A DNA stretch of 63,450 bases, filler included, from Pelomyxa schiedti (GCA_020536535.1; 12 parts of 12 records of this genome joined end to end with filler, not necessarily neighbours in it), one strand, 5' to 3'. Shown: positions 24,201 to 36,600, numbered from the whole stretch's first letter. Numbers and translations: made by a program. The notes: generated by a model from the letters alone, not told the origin.

Positions 24201-24771
24201 CGCCCCCACCTCCATCCCCGGAGCGCTCGCCCGATTTGTGCTTCCGTGGCGAGTCCCTCTGCGGCGGCACCTGCGGCTGTCGGACAAAGGACGAGGCCTT
24301 GGGGGTCGACGGCGCCGAGGACGCGGCGGCGAAGGCGGCCGAGAAGGTGCTGTGGTGCCCCGACCTCGGCGCCTTGACCGTCGAGTACTTTGGCGGCTGC
24401 AGCGACGCGCGCGACGGCGCCGGCGGCGGCGTCGGCGAGCGCGACGAGGCCTTCTTGCCCCCGCGGCGCGTGCCCCCCGTCGCCGCCGCGGCCCCCCGGC
24501 TCTGGCTGTGCGTGTGCTTGTGCTTATGCCTGCCGCTGCCGGTGCCGGTGCCGGTGCCGTGGGGCTGGCTCTCGTACTCGTCCGAGGCGCCGTCGCCGTC
24601 GCCCCCGTCGTGGGACTGGTGGGCGTAGTAGGCGGCGTTGTAGTGGTACTGCGGGTCGCGGTGGGTCGAGTGCTCGCGCCTCGACGTCGAGGCCGTGGCC
24701 GGCAGCAGGTCCGACGCCGCCGAGGTTGGCTCGGTGGTGGTGGCTGAGCGATGTCGGTGCGAAGACGACAT
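21285..24771 (-). CDS. PTEN: PTEN-family PIP3 phosphatase (phosphatase + C2) with ~680-aa low-complexity N-terminal extension
   Basis: VSKKKRRYVANGFDLDLS/YITNRIIAMGYPA...DHGAPPF...AAVHCKAGK/GRTGVMICCYL...GVTIPSQVRYVHYF...FWFNTLFV...DLDKGCK. The long ORF 22729..24999 splices in frame (GAG|GT...AG|AAATCT) into the PTEN start. Confidence 0.92.
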
Positions 24772-25090
24772 GCGATTACGGCGATGGTTTGGGGTGGTGT
24801 GTGCCTGGGGCCCGAGTGCTGCGTTTTTTTTGTTTGGTGTTTGGCGCTTTGCCTTTTTGCTTTTGCTTTTTTTAAATATTTTGGATTTACTTTCTTTTAC
24901 AAGTTTTCGTGTGGGACCAAAAAAGATGGTTCTGGGAAGCGGGGAAAAGGGGCAGAAAAAAGTGAAGTGCGAGAATACATGAAGAGGGAGAATCGCCATA
25001 CTGGCGATCCGTTACGGTCTCTTTCTTGCAACTAGCAATTTTCGCTCAAGTTTCGTGTTGGCGGTTTGGAGGTTTTTTTTTGTTTTGTAC

Positions 25091-26838
25091 TTAGTCCGTT
25101 GGCGGGAAGAGGGTGTGGGTATATTCACTATTCCAGTCCCGTTCGAACCTGGATAGAGCATCTTGTTGTATTGCTGGATCATTGCGGACAACCATAGTAA
25201 CCCCCGCGGTTGTTTGGAAGTAATCCGCAGTCCAGTTGTTGTTACTGATATAAACAGTGTTGTCTGTTACAAGAAATTTGGAATGGTTCACGCGAGTATA
25301 GGGTATTTGTTCGTCAATGCCGGTCATATCTGAAATAGAGTTAACTGTGGAAAAAAAGAAAAATTAAAAGTACCCGGAACAATGAACCATCTTGCAGTTA
25401 TGTTGTTGAGTGCATCAAGTGAACTTACATATTGGTACATGGCACTGTTGGTGGAGTTCCACAGTGAAACCAAAAGATTAACTTGCACTCCTCGATAAGA
25501 GGCTGCCCGTAAAGCATCGTCAATTTCGGGCCAATAATAATTGGTAGTTTGGTAAAGGGAAGCTGGTTGGTAATCCATGACTTCAATATCTAAAGAAAGC
25601 TGTCAGAGGGGAGATGACCTCATGTAAAGCTACTTATATACAGTGTGGCATTGTTTATGATATCCACTGTGGAAACGTCAGCGTGAGTACGGTGGGCTGT
25701 GCAGAATTGGGGTGGTGACATAGAAAAATACACTTCTGAAGGAGGTTGCGAATTGAATGAGACAAGTGCTGGATTTTCAGATGTGTAGGGTGTATCCACA
25801 ACAGTTGGCCACCTTCATTTATCTAAACAAAAGAGATGCAGTACTTCAGAAAATTGTACACAGATGGTATTGATCCCGTCTTTGCCACTTGCCACCACAT
25901 TTCAAACTCTTTAATTAAGTCTCCTGCCAGCTCTGGAGAGTCACGTACTAGAACGCCAAATTCTTTGACTACAGAGGGTGACTGAAGAATTTTAAACCTG
26001 TGATTGATACCTTGGGTAAGTGCACGCCAATCAGTATTGGCACTACCGACATAAAAGTGCCTTCCATCTACAATAATGAGCTTTGTGTGTAAAATCCCGT
26101 CGATCTAAATTGTAGTAACATAAGCAACTATTTTTAACAGGGGTAAAAAAGAAACACACTGGAGGGTTTAACTTTGTGAAATCAATTGACCTGACTTCTG
26201 CCACTCCTTCATTGGCCAACTTTTGCGAATCGTCATCGGGGAAACTAGAGTCAGGCTGGTTCTGCGCAAGTTATAAGCACTCGCATCCATTCTCAACCCC
26301 CGCCTCTACATCCAACATAGCCAACAAACAAAGAAATAATATCTATATACTAGCACATCGAGTATATATTTATACATAAAAAAAAAAAAAAAACCAAGAG
26401 GTACCTGGACTATTTGGACAGTGACACCCCTCTCATTATGGGCGGCCCTTATGAGCTCGTACACGTCGTAGCCCTCGTACCCACCGCACTCGGCCGGCCA
26501 CGCCATCCCGTCGGTGAGTGTCCAGTAGTATTCCGCGAACAGGATCGTCGACTTGGCGTTGCTGATCAGCCACACCCACGCGTCGTACGTGCTCGTTTCG
26601 CACGCCAGCTGCACCTGCTCCGGAATGCTCTCCACAATTTCGAATTGCCTAGTTTGGGGGTAAGCGTTTGTTGGCTTTTGGCGGGCGGAGGGAGGCGAAA
26701 GGAGAGCAAAAGGGGGTGTTGCGTATGGGTTCGGAGGTTGTGGTACGACGGTTGGTTGGCCTACGATTGACATGAGGCGAGTGGAACGACCAGGCATAGG
26801 CTTATAGCCACGGCCGTGATAACAGATCGCACGGCCAT
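25091..26838 (-). CDS. PLD3: Phospholipase D3/D4-family (PLD-nuclease type) secreted/lysosomal protein
   Basis: Signal peptide MAVRSVITAVAISLCLVVPLASC; IVESIPE; [34 protein letters not shown]; VMDYQP...YWPEIDDALRAA; PYTRVNHSKFLVTD...NNWTADYF. Confidence 0.92.
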
Positions 26839-27041
26839 TGGCTACGAGACGTGTTTTTTTTTTTGTTTCGTAGCGTCGGACCCAAGTTGGGTGTGATCGG
26901 GAGTTCCGTGAACGAGTTTTAAAAAACAGACTGATCAGATTTCCGGTTATGTGCTTGTGGAACTTTGTCTATGAGTCCAGATAGTAAGGTTGTTGCAGGT
27001 GAGTGTGGGTCTCGCTTCGTTGTGGTTGTACTACGGAAAAG

Positions 27042-29928
27042 CTAACGATGGAAGAAGTAATTCAGTGCGTGATCGGGCACGGTTTTCTCACCATGAGATA
27101 TGTGGAAGTACACCGGGATGTGGTAAGCAAAGGCCCAGCGTTTGGCCAGAGCCATTCCCTTGCGGAGCTGGCGCCTCGTGAATGAATTGTGGGACACACC
27201 GCACCTTATCAGGGTGTCGTAGTACATGTCGAGGCACTGGTCGACGTAGCGAGAGGCACAGCAGGAATCCACGAGGGACGCCAGGTCGGTGATTGGGTTC
27301 CCATAAGTCACTGTCTGCCAGTCAAACAGGCACAGTTGCGGCGGGCTGTGCCCTTTGTGCTGTTCGAGCAAGTCTGTGTTTTGTTTATTTCGCTTATTTT
27401 CATTTGCTTTTTAGGGTTTGTGTGGCTATTTTTATTATGGGTACCTGTGTCTAGGCTATTGGGGAGCAAACATAAGTTGTGTATCCAAAGATCACCTGCA
27501 AAATTGGTCAATAGGAGAACCAGTGAAAAATGACAAACCGTGCACAATGGAGTGTGGAGCCTGTGAGTGAAGCTTCTTAATTAATTTGGGAAGTTCAGTC
27601 TCATATTGCTTGCAAAAGGAGATTAGGTTAGAGCTGAATAAATGTCCACTTCTTTGGAACTTGTTAGTCTAAAACAATGACAATCAAGAAGTAAACTTTT
27701 TCCAATTGAATGCATAGAAACCCATTTTCATGACCATTTCTGCTATATTTGAAGGACTGTCAAATGGTTCCAACCACCCTACTTCAGGGTCGTCGGAATT
27801 GCCAAAGCCCTGTCATCAAATTAGTCAGTCTACAAATAAGAAAAGTTGTGCCGACAGGGTGCTCCCAGAATAATGCGTGGAATTCTGCAAGAGACTTCAC
27901 CATAAGTAACATAGTACTCAAGTCAACATCGGTTTTTCCAAACCTAGGTTTGTGCAATTAGTAAAATACTTTGTTCAGGCTACTACTCAAAGGACAGAGC
28001 ATTCTCTAAATCTTCTAGGATCTGGATACTAGATGGTGAAACAAATGCCGTTAAGTAGCACCTGGGCAAGCGTAATGAAATCTGGTGAAAAGTTTCGGAA
28101 TGGAAAGGGAATTATTTAGTACCAAACTTGGTGCCACTTTGAGGTAGAATAAGTGCTCTCTTTTGTAGTATGAAGAGAGGCAATCTTCTCGGTGTCTGTA
28201 AGGCATTTTAACAACTAACTTGTGGCTGGCAACACATCTCTCTTCCCCAGAATGCTAGTACAAATATACTTAGAATGATGAAACTTGTTTATGGGGATAC
28301 CGCGGCACAACGCAAATTGGACAGCCTAAAGACATGAGAGCGGAATCCTTTTCCACATCCGATTTTCTCGAAGTCCACATTTATAATTTTACAGTCGGGA
28401 TAGGATGATATCTGAAGGAATTTTAACACAGGTTTGGTTAACGGGTATCGGTTACATTGCCCGTGAGTAAAGAAATAACCATCTGGCAAGCGATATCAAT
28501 AAAGACAGGGCTATACAGTTTAGAAAAGTACCTGCTGACGCCCATCGTCACTATCCAGAGAACTGAAGTCCAAGAGTGGTGTACTTTCAACCACAGGAAG
28601 CAATAAATGATTAGCATTCATATATTGTAATATTTGAGGGTACTCTGCAAGGCAAGAGTGTGGGCTATGTTATATATAAAGGGGGAAACCTCTGTATACT
28701 TCAAGAAAGGCGTTCTTCTCTCTAATCATGGTGGATGATATATTCATATGAGAAGCCTCAACAACGAAGAAATGTTTATTGGCAAACCTATTACTATTAA
28801 ACTTGGCAGTTGGAACTGGAACATACATTGATTTGTCAAAGGGCATTTTAAAGTCAGATACTGTTTTACCATCTCGATTCAGTACCTGTGACTGTAAGCT
28901 CGTTCATCATCGAATTATACATACAATAATCTGATGGACAGTATCATCTGGAATAAAACCTCCAGTATCTTTGGGACCAATTCAGTTGGAACAATTGGAG
29001 TTTCACTACCTCCTCCAGAAAGTAGAAATAAATCAAAATTTCCTTTTAGTGGAAGAAAGGCCTTCCAGTCAATAAGAAGACAGAGAAAAGAGGCATACCT
29101 GATGATAATTCACTTATTTGAGCTGTTATTCTCTTGCGCATGTAGTGATACATTAGAACAGGAGCGCAGTGGTACAGTGGGTGATAACACTCAAATGTGT
29201 CAATCATCAACCAGCCACTTTTTTGGACCAGCAACTGACATAGATTGATACGGTGCTTGGACTCCAACCTACATCCATAATGGTGAATGAATCTCAAAGC
29301 GCCCTCCCTTCTACCGTGTACGTTTCAACTTTCTTGTAGCATAGTGGTTTGAACTAGGGGACATATACCCACCAATGACAGCAAACTGGAAATGGGATTG
29401 AGTTACCATACCTCAAAAAGAAAATACCCCATTCTTTGTCAGAAACGCTTTTGCTTGGTTCAGTGCATCAAGGTGTCCTATTGTTGTCACACATGTGCAC
29501 CCTCTTTTTTTTTTTTTTTTTTCAAGCATAATTATATTGAATTAATACCCACCAGGGTGTGGAGGACTGAACGTCCCAACAAAGAAAATCACAGCAGCCC
29601 TCTTATGTTCCCCAATATCCAGGGACCTCAGCTGCCCCAGGTCCAAATTATGGGTTGCAACAACGTCGTTGAGGCACCACAAATCGCAGTCACGCTCGCT
29701 CAGCACAACCTTCCAGTCGTTCCTCCCCCTCTCGATGTACTTAGATACCAGATCCTCCGACCGCCTGCTGGCAGCCCTCTCGTCCTCCTCCCAATGGGGC
29801 GGCGACCCGAAACATCGCTGGAACCCACGGAAATTCCTACGAAGTCTCGCGAAAACAACTGCAACCAAAAGCAGCGACGCAAGGCCCAAAATGCACCAGC
29901 ACAGCACCGCAACAAACGACCACCCCAT
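27042..29928 (-). CDS. Predicted fusion: N-terminal TM + NMNAT/NadD-type nucleotidyltransferase + EcKL/APH-fold small-molecule kinase
   Basis: NMNAT part: VGTFSPPHP/GHLDAL (HxGH), GGYMSP, HRINLCQL, NISSTMIRE, YPQILQYMNANHL. Kinase part: LVVKMP...KREHLFY...LPRCY...ILEDL...LAEFHA...VH/GDLWIHN...LFDWQ...GNPITDLA. The two are joined in frame via GT-AG introns 28531-28483 and 28455-28412. Confidence 0.8.
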
Positions 29929-30035
29929 CGGCCCAAATCACGAAACTTGAAGGTTACGGGAAACGAACTTGTTACAAAAAAAAGGGCTGAACAAAAAAAA
30001 AATACTCTTGATTGCTTGGAGGTATGGGCACACGT

Positions 30036-33000
30036 TTAACCAATAAAGAGGTTAACATTGCCTTCCTCTGCTGCTGCAAGGTACATAGCCACACCTCCAA
30101 TTTCCACACCATCGATGAGCTCCTCCTTTGCAACACCAAGAAGCTCCATTGCCATGCTGCAGGCAATGAACCGCACGCCGGCTTGCTTCGCGTTGTCGAT
30201 GAGCTCCTCAAGGGTGGCGACTTTGTGCATGGCCATCACGTTCTTCACCATTGTCCCGCCGAGTCCAAAGAAGTTCATCTTGCTCATTGCTCCTGGTCCG
30301 GCTGGAAGCATGTATCCAAACATGGAGTCCAACCACCCTTTCTTCACGGACACGGGTGTAATCTTACTCCTGGTTGTTTGTATGTAGTCAGTAAAACTAA
30401 GTCGAAGATATGGAGAATGATTACTTGATTACAGTAAGACCCCAGAACGTGAAGAACATAGTAACTTGGCTGCCCATTGCTGCGGCACCATTGGCAATGA
30501 TGAATGCAGCCATCACTGAAAGGGAGTTAGGAACGAAAAGGTAAATTCAATAGTACCTTTGTCAAAATCATTTGAGAATACTACAATTGTCTTCTTTTTG
30601 GAAGATATCCCGAGGGGCATATCAGGAAGAGATTGAAGAGCTGCTGCGGCTGAAGATGATGAGGTGGCAGTTGTCATTACAGCTCCAGCAGACCGCGCCG
30701 CACTTTGAGCAGCACTTGGACCTTTGTGAATAACTGCACGATGACCGTCCTTTGTTTTATCAAGGCTCAACAAGGAATTGCCGGTGCTCCGACACCAAGC
30801 AGGGAGGTCGTGTGCGAAGCCGCCGTCACTTGCTGTGATCGCAAGGCATTGCCCAAAGTTGAGATGAGATAATTCTTGGGCAAGTTTGAGTATGGGACCA
30901 GGGCACTGCATTCCCGTGGCATCAACCTATTTACTCATCAGAGAAACTTAGATAGTGAACAAGAAGCAAACCTCTTTTACAACAGTGACTGGTTCGGTAG
31001 GTGCCGCCGCAGAAGCTGATGTGAGTGGTTCTTGTGGTGTCTCAATAATTATCCCCTTTCGGATTGTTGCTCGGGTGCCCTGTGTAACCTGTTCCAACTT
31101 GACGAGGGTGTTCCCTGTACTTCGACACCAAACAGGAATGTCATTTTGGAAACTCGGATCACTGGCTGTCACTATAACAGTATCGCCAGGGTCCATGGTT
31201 GAAAAAGCTCTGGATGTTCGTATTATGGGAATAGGGCACTTGAGTCCAACTGCATCAATCTTCAAATGAATTAAGGTACGTTTTCATAGCCTCTTGCATA
31301 CCTCCTGTGGTGGTTTGGTGGAAACAACAACACCACCATTCACTTGAGACGAGGAAACTACTACACCAGAGGCAGACACGGAGCAAGAATCCGTGGTTGC
31401 CACATGGGTACCAACTACAGATTTCATCTTTCGAGCGTTAGAAGTCACCATACGACAGGGGGTACTTTACCCATTTCTTTGCGCCATTATCAGTAACAGT
31501 TACCCAAGTGCGGAAACCACCACTGAGATTAACAGCATTAAAACCTTTGTTGCAAAGAAGCCTAGTTGCATTGTATGACCTCAATCCAGTTCCGCATGCA
31601 ACAATGATCGTTCTGTCACGGGGAAGCTCATGTAACCGGGTTTGAAGTTCGGGTAAAGGAATATTGATGGAATTAATGATTTTCCCGCCAAACAACTCCT
31701 GGAGAACAGTGTAAAACAACAAGAAAAAAAATAAACTTGGCATACCTCTGGCTGCCGCACATCAAGGACAAATGTTTGGTGGACTTTAGCTTCATCATAC
31801 AATAGAGCCTTCAGTTCTTCAGCATGAATCTGGTTAAACTCCCCACGCAACAGATTGCTTGCAATAAAGCCAGCCATATTGACTGGATCTTTCGCGCTAC
31901 CGTAGGGCCTATACCATGACAGTGAGAAAGAAGAAAGATCTTGCAGAAAAGATTACGGTGCGTAGCAAAGTTCCAAGTCTTCCAAATCGAAGACAGTCAT
32001 ATGAGACCTAATGGCGACTGCCACTACATCAATTCTCTTGTCAACACCTTCACGTCCAAAGGCTTGAGCACCCAAAATTCGACCTAAAAAGTATTTGGTG
32101 TGGGTATGATATGAAGTACGGGAATTAAGCTGACCATCGGATGGATCGTACACCAATTTCATTGAAAGCATCTGCCCACCTATAATATATAAGCAAGGAG
32201 AGGAGAGCGACAAAAATACCAGGGTAATAGGAAGCGTGGTGCATTCCATGTGTGTACACCTTGTTGTACTGTCTATTTATCCTCTTCAGGGTTTTCTCGT
32301 TTTCACCTGTCATGGCGATTGTCATCCCAAAAACTTTGCAGACGGCGGTTCCCTATAACAATCAGCTCACTCATATAGTGGATTACCAAATTACTTGAGT
32401 GTTTTTGTACGTTAGTTTCTTCCCCTCAGTAAATAAGTTTGTTCCAACAATCCTTCCTTGCCTGTTGGCTGGTCCTGCCAACGGAATAAGAGTTTGAAAA
32501 CCTCCTATGTAGTCCTTCACCTACACAATCATGAAAAATCTTGCGTGGCTAAGAGTGCACACCTCAATAGCATCACCCACAGCATAGACGGATGGTGCAG
32601 ATGTCTCCAAATATTCATCGACAAGTATACCGCCACGTTCCCCGAGCTTGATGCCTGAGAGACGTCAATGCATGTAAGTCACTCAAAAAACGGCAACAGA
32701 CCAGCTTGCTTGGCGAGAGTTACTTCTGGCCGTACTCCAATGGCAACAACAGCAAAAGAACACATAACTTCCTCGCCGGTAGTCAGCTTGGCTATTACGT
32801 GCTACATAGATTAATACCTAACTTGGGGATAGAAAATTCATACATTGTCAGCCCCAGTAAAAGATGCAACAGTGCAACTTAAACGGAGGTCAACGCCTTG
32901 TTGAACCAACTCTTGATGCAACGGGTGTGTCATTTCTGGATCGGCAGCAACCATAACTTGATCTGCGAATTCAACCAGCATGCAAGGTAATTTTTGATCA

Positions 33001-33739
33001 ACGATGGCTTCAGCAACTTCCAATCCTATGTAACCGCCACCCAAAACGAGCACGGGAAGTGGCCTGAAGGGCATTAGTTAGACTTTCCCCAGAGAAAATA
33101 AAAAGACACACGGTGTCTGCGTTTTTGTCTCCACAACGAGTGCCTTGATGGCATCCATTGAAGGCACATCTCTAAGGAACCGGATACGAGGGTGATCAAT
33201 GCCTGGAATTGGGGGCTTTGTGGGAGACGCTCCAGGGCTGAGAATCAAAGCATCGTAATGCATTGTTGACTTGACCCCAGATGCAAGTGCTACAGCAGTT
33301 ATTTCCTTCCTCTCCGTGTCAATTCCAATGACCTCAGTTTTCATTCTAAGGTCCAACTGGAACTTACTGTGTACATTTCAAGTTAAACCAGACCAAGGGA
33401 AAAGTATAAGAAAAATTACAAACAAACAAAGATGTGGCGACGTGAAAACAAATAGAAAACATGCATTTTTCCGAAAAAAAAAAAAAAAAAGACACACTCC
33501 ACAAGAGACTGCGGGGTGGCTAGGAACAGCCTGTCCCTGTCCTTTATCTGACCGCCTATATGATACGCCAACCCACAGTTCGCGAAACTTACGTACTCCC
33601 CTCTTTCAAACAGCGTGATCTCGCACTTATCGGGACCCGCCATTCTCCTCAGCCGCGCCGCCGCCGACGCGCCCCCGGCAACACCGCCTACAATCACCAC
33701 TTGCTTTTTAGCCGCTGTCACTGTTGTTGTCGCAGACAT
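30036..33739 (-). CDS. CoA-disulfide/persulfide reductase (CoADR/Npsr) + rhodanese + TusA + TusA + DsrE2 fusion, ~15 introns
   Basis: IVGGVAGGASAAARLRR; SFANCGL; LGGGYIGLE; AVGD; PLAGPANRQG; GVDKRID; LELCYAPPYGSAKDPVN; rhodanese LDVR...ACGTGLRS...LSGG; TusA IDAVGLKCPIP and VDATGMQCPGP; DsrE VVFSNDFDKVMAAFIIANGAAAMGSQVTMFFTFWGL...IACSMAMELLG. Confidence 0.95.
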
Positions 33740-33957
33740 TGTGGTTTGTTGTGTTTAATCTTGTTGTGTTTGTTTGTTGTTGGTTTTTTTTTTTTTTTAT
33801 GTTTGTTATGTTTTCGTCCAATTTGTCTTTTTAATGTTTTTGATGCGGGGTGGCACGTTGCTGCTCCTGAAAAATTTGGCGTTTATGCTAATTTGATGTG
33901 AAAAAAAGAAAACCTCACTGCCGGTGTCGGAAAAACAAGAAAATGTTTGTTTGTTTT

Positions 33958-36357
33958 TTACACATCGTCTTCAGCGAGGAGGGAGCCTAGTGTGTTGGCC
34001 AAGGTGATATTGAGGCTCTCGGGGATTTTCTTGAGAGCTTCGGCGTAAGGGTCGTAGGGAGCTGAGGCGGCGTCGTTGCCGTCTTCCTCTATGACTTCTT
34101 CCTTGATGGTAAACTCCTTCATGAGGTTCCAATCGTCTGTTTGCTGCTGTTGCAGTAGCTCCTGTGATTGCTGCTGCTGCGGGTGTTGTGTTGGGAAGGT
34201 GCCTTGTGTGTCAGACGGTGTTCCCGGGGCGTCATCAAGGGAAGGTTCTGGTTTGATGGTTGCGGGCGCTGTGGAACTTGGATCGGGCTTGACAATGGCC
34301 GCTGTGGCGGCGGCAAATTCCGCTCTTTGTTCTTCAAGTGATGCGAGTTTTAGTCCGCTGGTCTTCTGTAGCCTTTCAATGTCTATTTTGGGGGAAAAAA
34401 AAAAAAGAAGAAGAAGAAGAAGGTTAGAATGTGGCTAGGAAAAGGTATTGTTAGTCTGCACCATGGGGACGTCTATCACGCAGTGCTAATTCAACAAGAT
34501 GTGGATGTACTTTCTCCTCTTTCTTAAATTTTGCCTTGAGGACGTCGCGACTGACTCCCGCGAAGTATTTTGACATTAGTGTGAAGTCAGTTCCTGTCAT
34601 CCTTAGAACCTTTTTTAAGTTAAGGCGAGTCTCCTGAAATTTGTACTCTATTAAGTTTAGGGAATGCAAGAAACATTGAAAAAGTCAGTTGTCTGCTCGT
34701 CAGTCCACCGCTTTGGTGCCTTCCTCCCTCTGTTATAACCATTTAATGAACGACTTCCAGTCCCATTCTCTATGATGGTAGTTGCATAATGCCGTGTAGA
34801 TGGATCATAATCTTGGTTTTCAGTCTCAACAAAAGCGATATTGTCTCCTGACACCTTGCAATTGTTAGAGCATTGAAGCACAGTCGAACTTCGCACCTCA
34901 AGGTGCCATTCATTTCGATCTTGGTCAGGAGCACTACCGGAGGGAGAACTCACAACTGCAGGTGCTGCTGAAGACCCAGAAGTAGTAGAAGTTTTTCGAT
35001 AGGCCGGCTCACCAAAAGCTTCAGAGAGACAGAAATCTTCAGTTGCCGCCGAACTGGCAGCAGCGTTCTCCGTACCATCATCTATATTTTCATCACTTCA
35101 CAATGAGTAAATGAAAAGAAGCAAGTACTATAGACCACTTATAAAGCAACTTAAGGTGAAATAAAGTGGGGCAAATACACAAGATTGGGAATTGGTCCTT
35201 GAGGGATATCAAAGGATGATGTCTTCTTGGGAGCAGTGTTTTGCGTTTCAACTTGCTCGAACACGTCAGAATTACCATTTTCCGGACCAGATTTGCTCTG
35301 AAGATATTCAGCTTGGAGAACTAAATAAATGGCAAACAACAACCATTGCAGAGCGAGCCGGTCTCCCTTCTCCAATGTGTGCCACCAGATCCTTCAATGG
35401 CCACAATGTCGTGTCATCTGGCAATGTGGGAATCGCTGTGGGCTCAATCATTCCCCCTTCTTCAACTTTGTTCTCATCAGGCTGCTCCTCTTCTGGTAGT
35501 GGTTTCGCCTTACGCCCTTTCCGTGAACCGTTGGTAGACTTCTTGAGCTTCTCAGAAATGCTGTTTCGCTTGGATTTTGCGGAGTCAGTTGACTTTGCTG
35601 AGTTCCTTGCCTTCTTGTGGGATTTTTCTGGGGACTCCTCCTCACGGTCTTTTGTGCGCTTTCCAGTAGCTTTCTTGTTCTTGCCTTTGCCTTGATTTTT
35701 CTCGTTCACAGTGCTGGTGACGGCCCCATCTTTCTCTTGCTGCAGTTGCTGCTGCGGGATTGGCACTGCATAGGTAGAATTTGAATCAAATTCGGCAGAT
35801 GGAATGACTTCATATCCAGTGGGCGGAGCTTCTTGCTCTTGTTCTTCATCACGAGGCCCAGAGAACTTGGCTTTTACTACCGGCAGAGATGGTGGTGGCA
35901 CTGGCATGGATTGTCCAGCAAGGGTTGGTTTCTTTGGCCTGCCTCTCTTTTTCTTTTTTGTAGGTGAGTCTTTTTCTTGTACCTCCTGGTTCTTCTTATT
36001 TTTATTCTTGTCTTTATCTTGGTCCTTATCCTTATCTTTACGGCTGCTCTTCTTCTTTTTGGTCTTGTCTTTGTCTTTGGGTGATTTGGTTGTCTTTTTT
36101 GATTGGCATTTTGTTTTGGGCTTGGAAGCCGCCGGCGTGGTGGTCGACGTGGTGGTGGTCGTGGTTGTGGTTGTTGTTGCAGTCGGTGTTTCAATTGTGG
36201 GAGGACTAGTAGGAAACAATACGTCGTCGTCCTCGTACTCCTCGCCTTGCTCGTCCTCGTCGGCAGTGCTGGCCTGGGCTGGCGTCGAGGGCGCGGAATC
36301 TGCCGTGATTGGGAATTTGCTGGGGTCGTTCGCCTTGCGTTTAATGGACGGCAACAT
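33958..36357 (-). CDS. BDP1: TFIIIB subunit Bdp1 (SANT/Myb domain) with long charged N-terminus
   Basis: RKAPKRWTDEQTTDFFN / VLRMTGTDFTLMSKYFAGVSRDVLKAKFKKEEKVHPHLVELAL. The GTDF.L....F..R....K.KFK.EEK pattern is typical of Bdp1. The start codon is uncertain. Confidence 0.8.
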
Positions 36358-36600
36358 AGCGCCTGCGGTTCGTGCTTGTGGGTTGGGTGAACAAATGATG
36401 TTTCCGGAAATTGGATCTGCTAGACTGCTGAGATGAGATACCATGAAGAGGCTGGAGCACCGGACTGCTACGTCCACAAGTTGATACAATGGATCCCGTG
36501 GATGGAGTGTCAGAGAAGGGGAACTCTGCCTGGACAAAGGAATTTTCCTTCAACTTCATTTTTGTTCGAGCCAGTTTCAAAATCAAAAGTTGAATAAAAA

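Noticed and set aside
30036-33739. Bacterial contamination, or selenocysteine/alternative genetic code, explaining the fragmented redox gene
   Set aside because: All interruptions resolve as GT-AG introns with the standard code, active sites are Cys codons, and neighbours are eukaryotic genes.
19923-36357. Functional link between the tRNA cluster and BDP1 (Pol III factor) on one contig
   Set aside because: They are 13 kb and several unrelated genes apart; likely coincidence.
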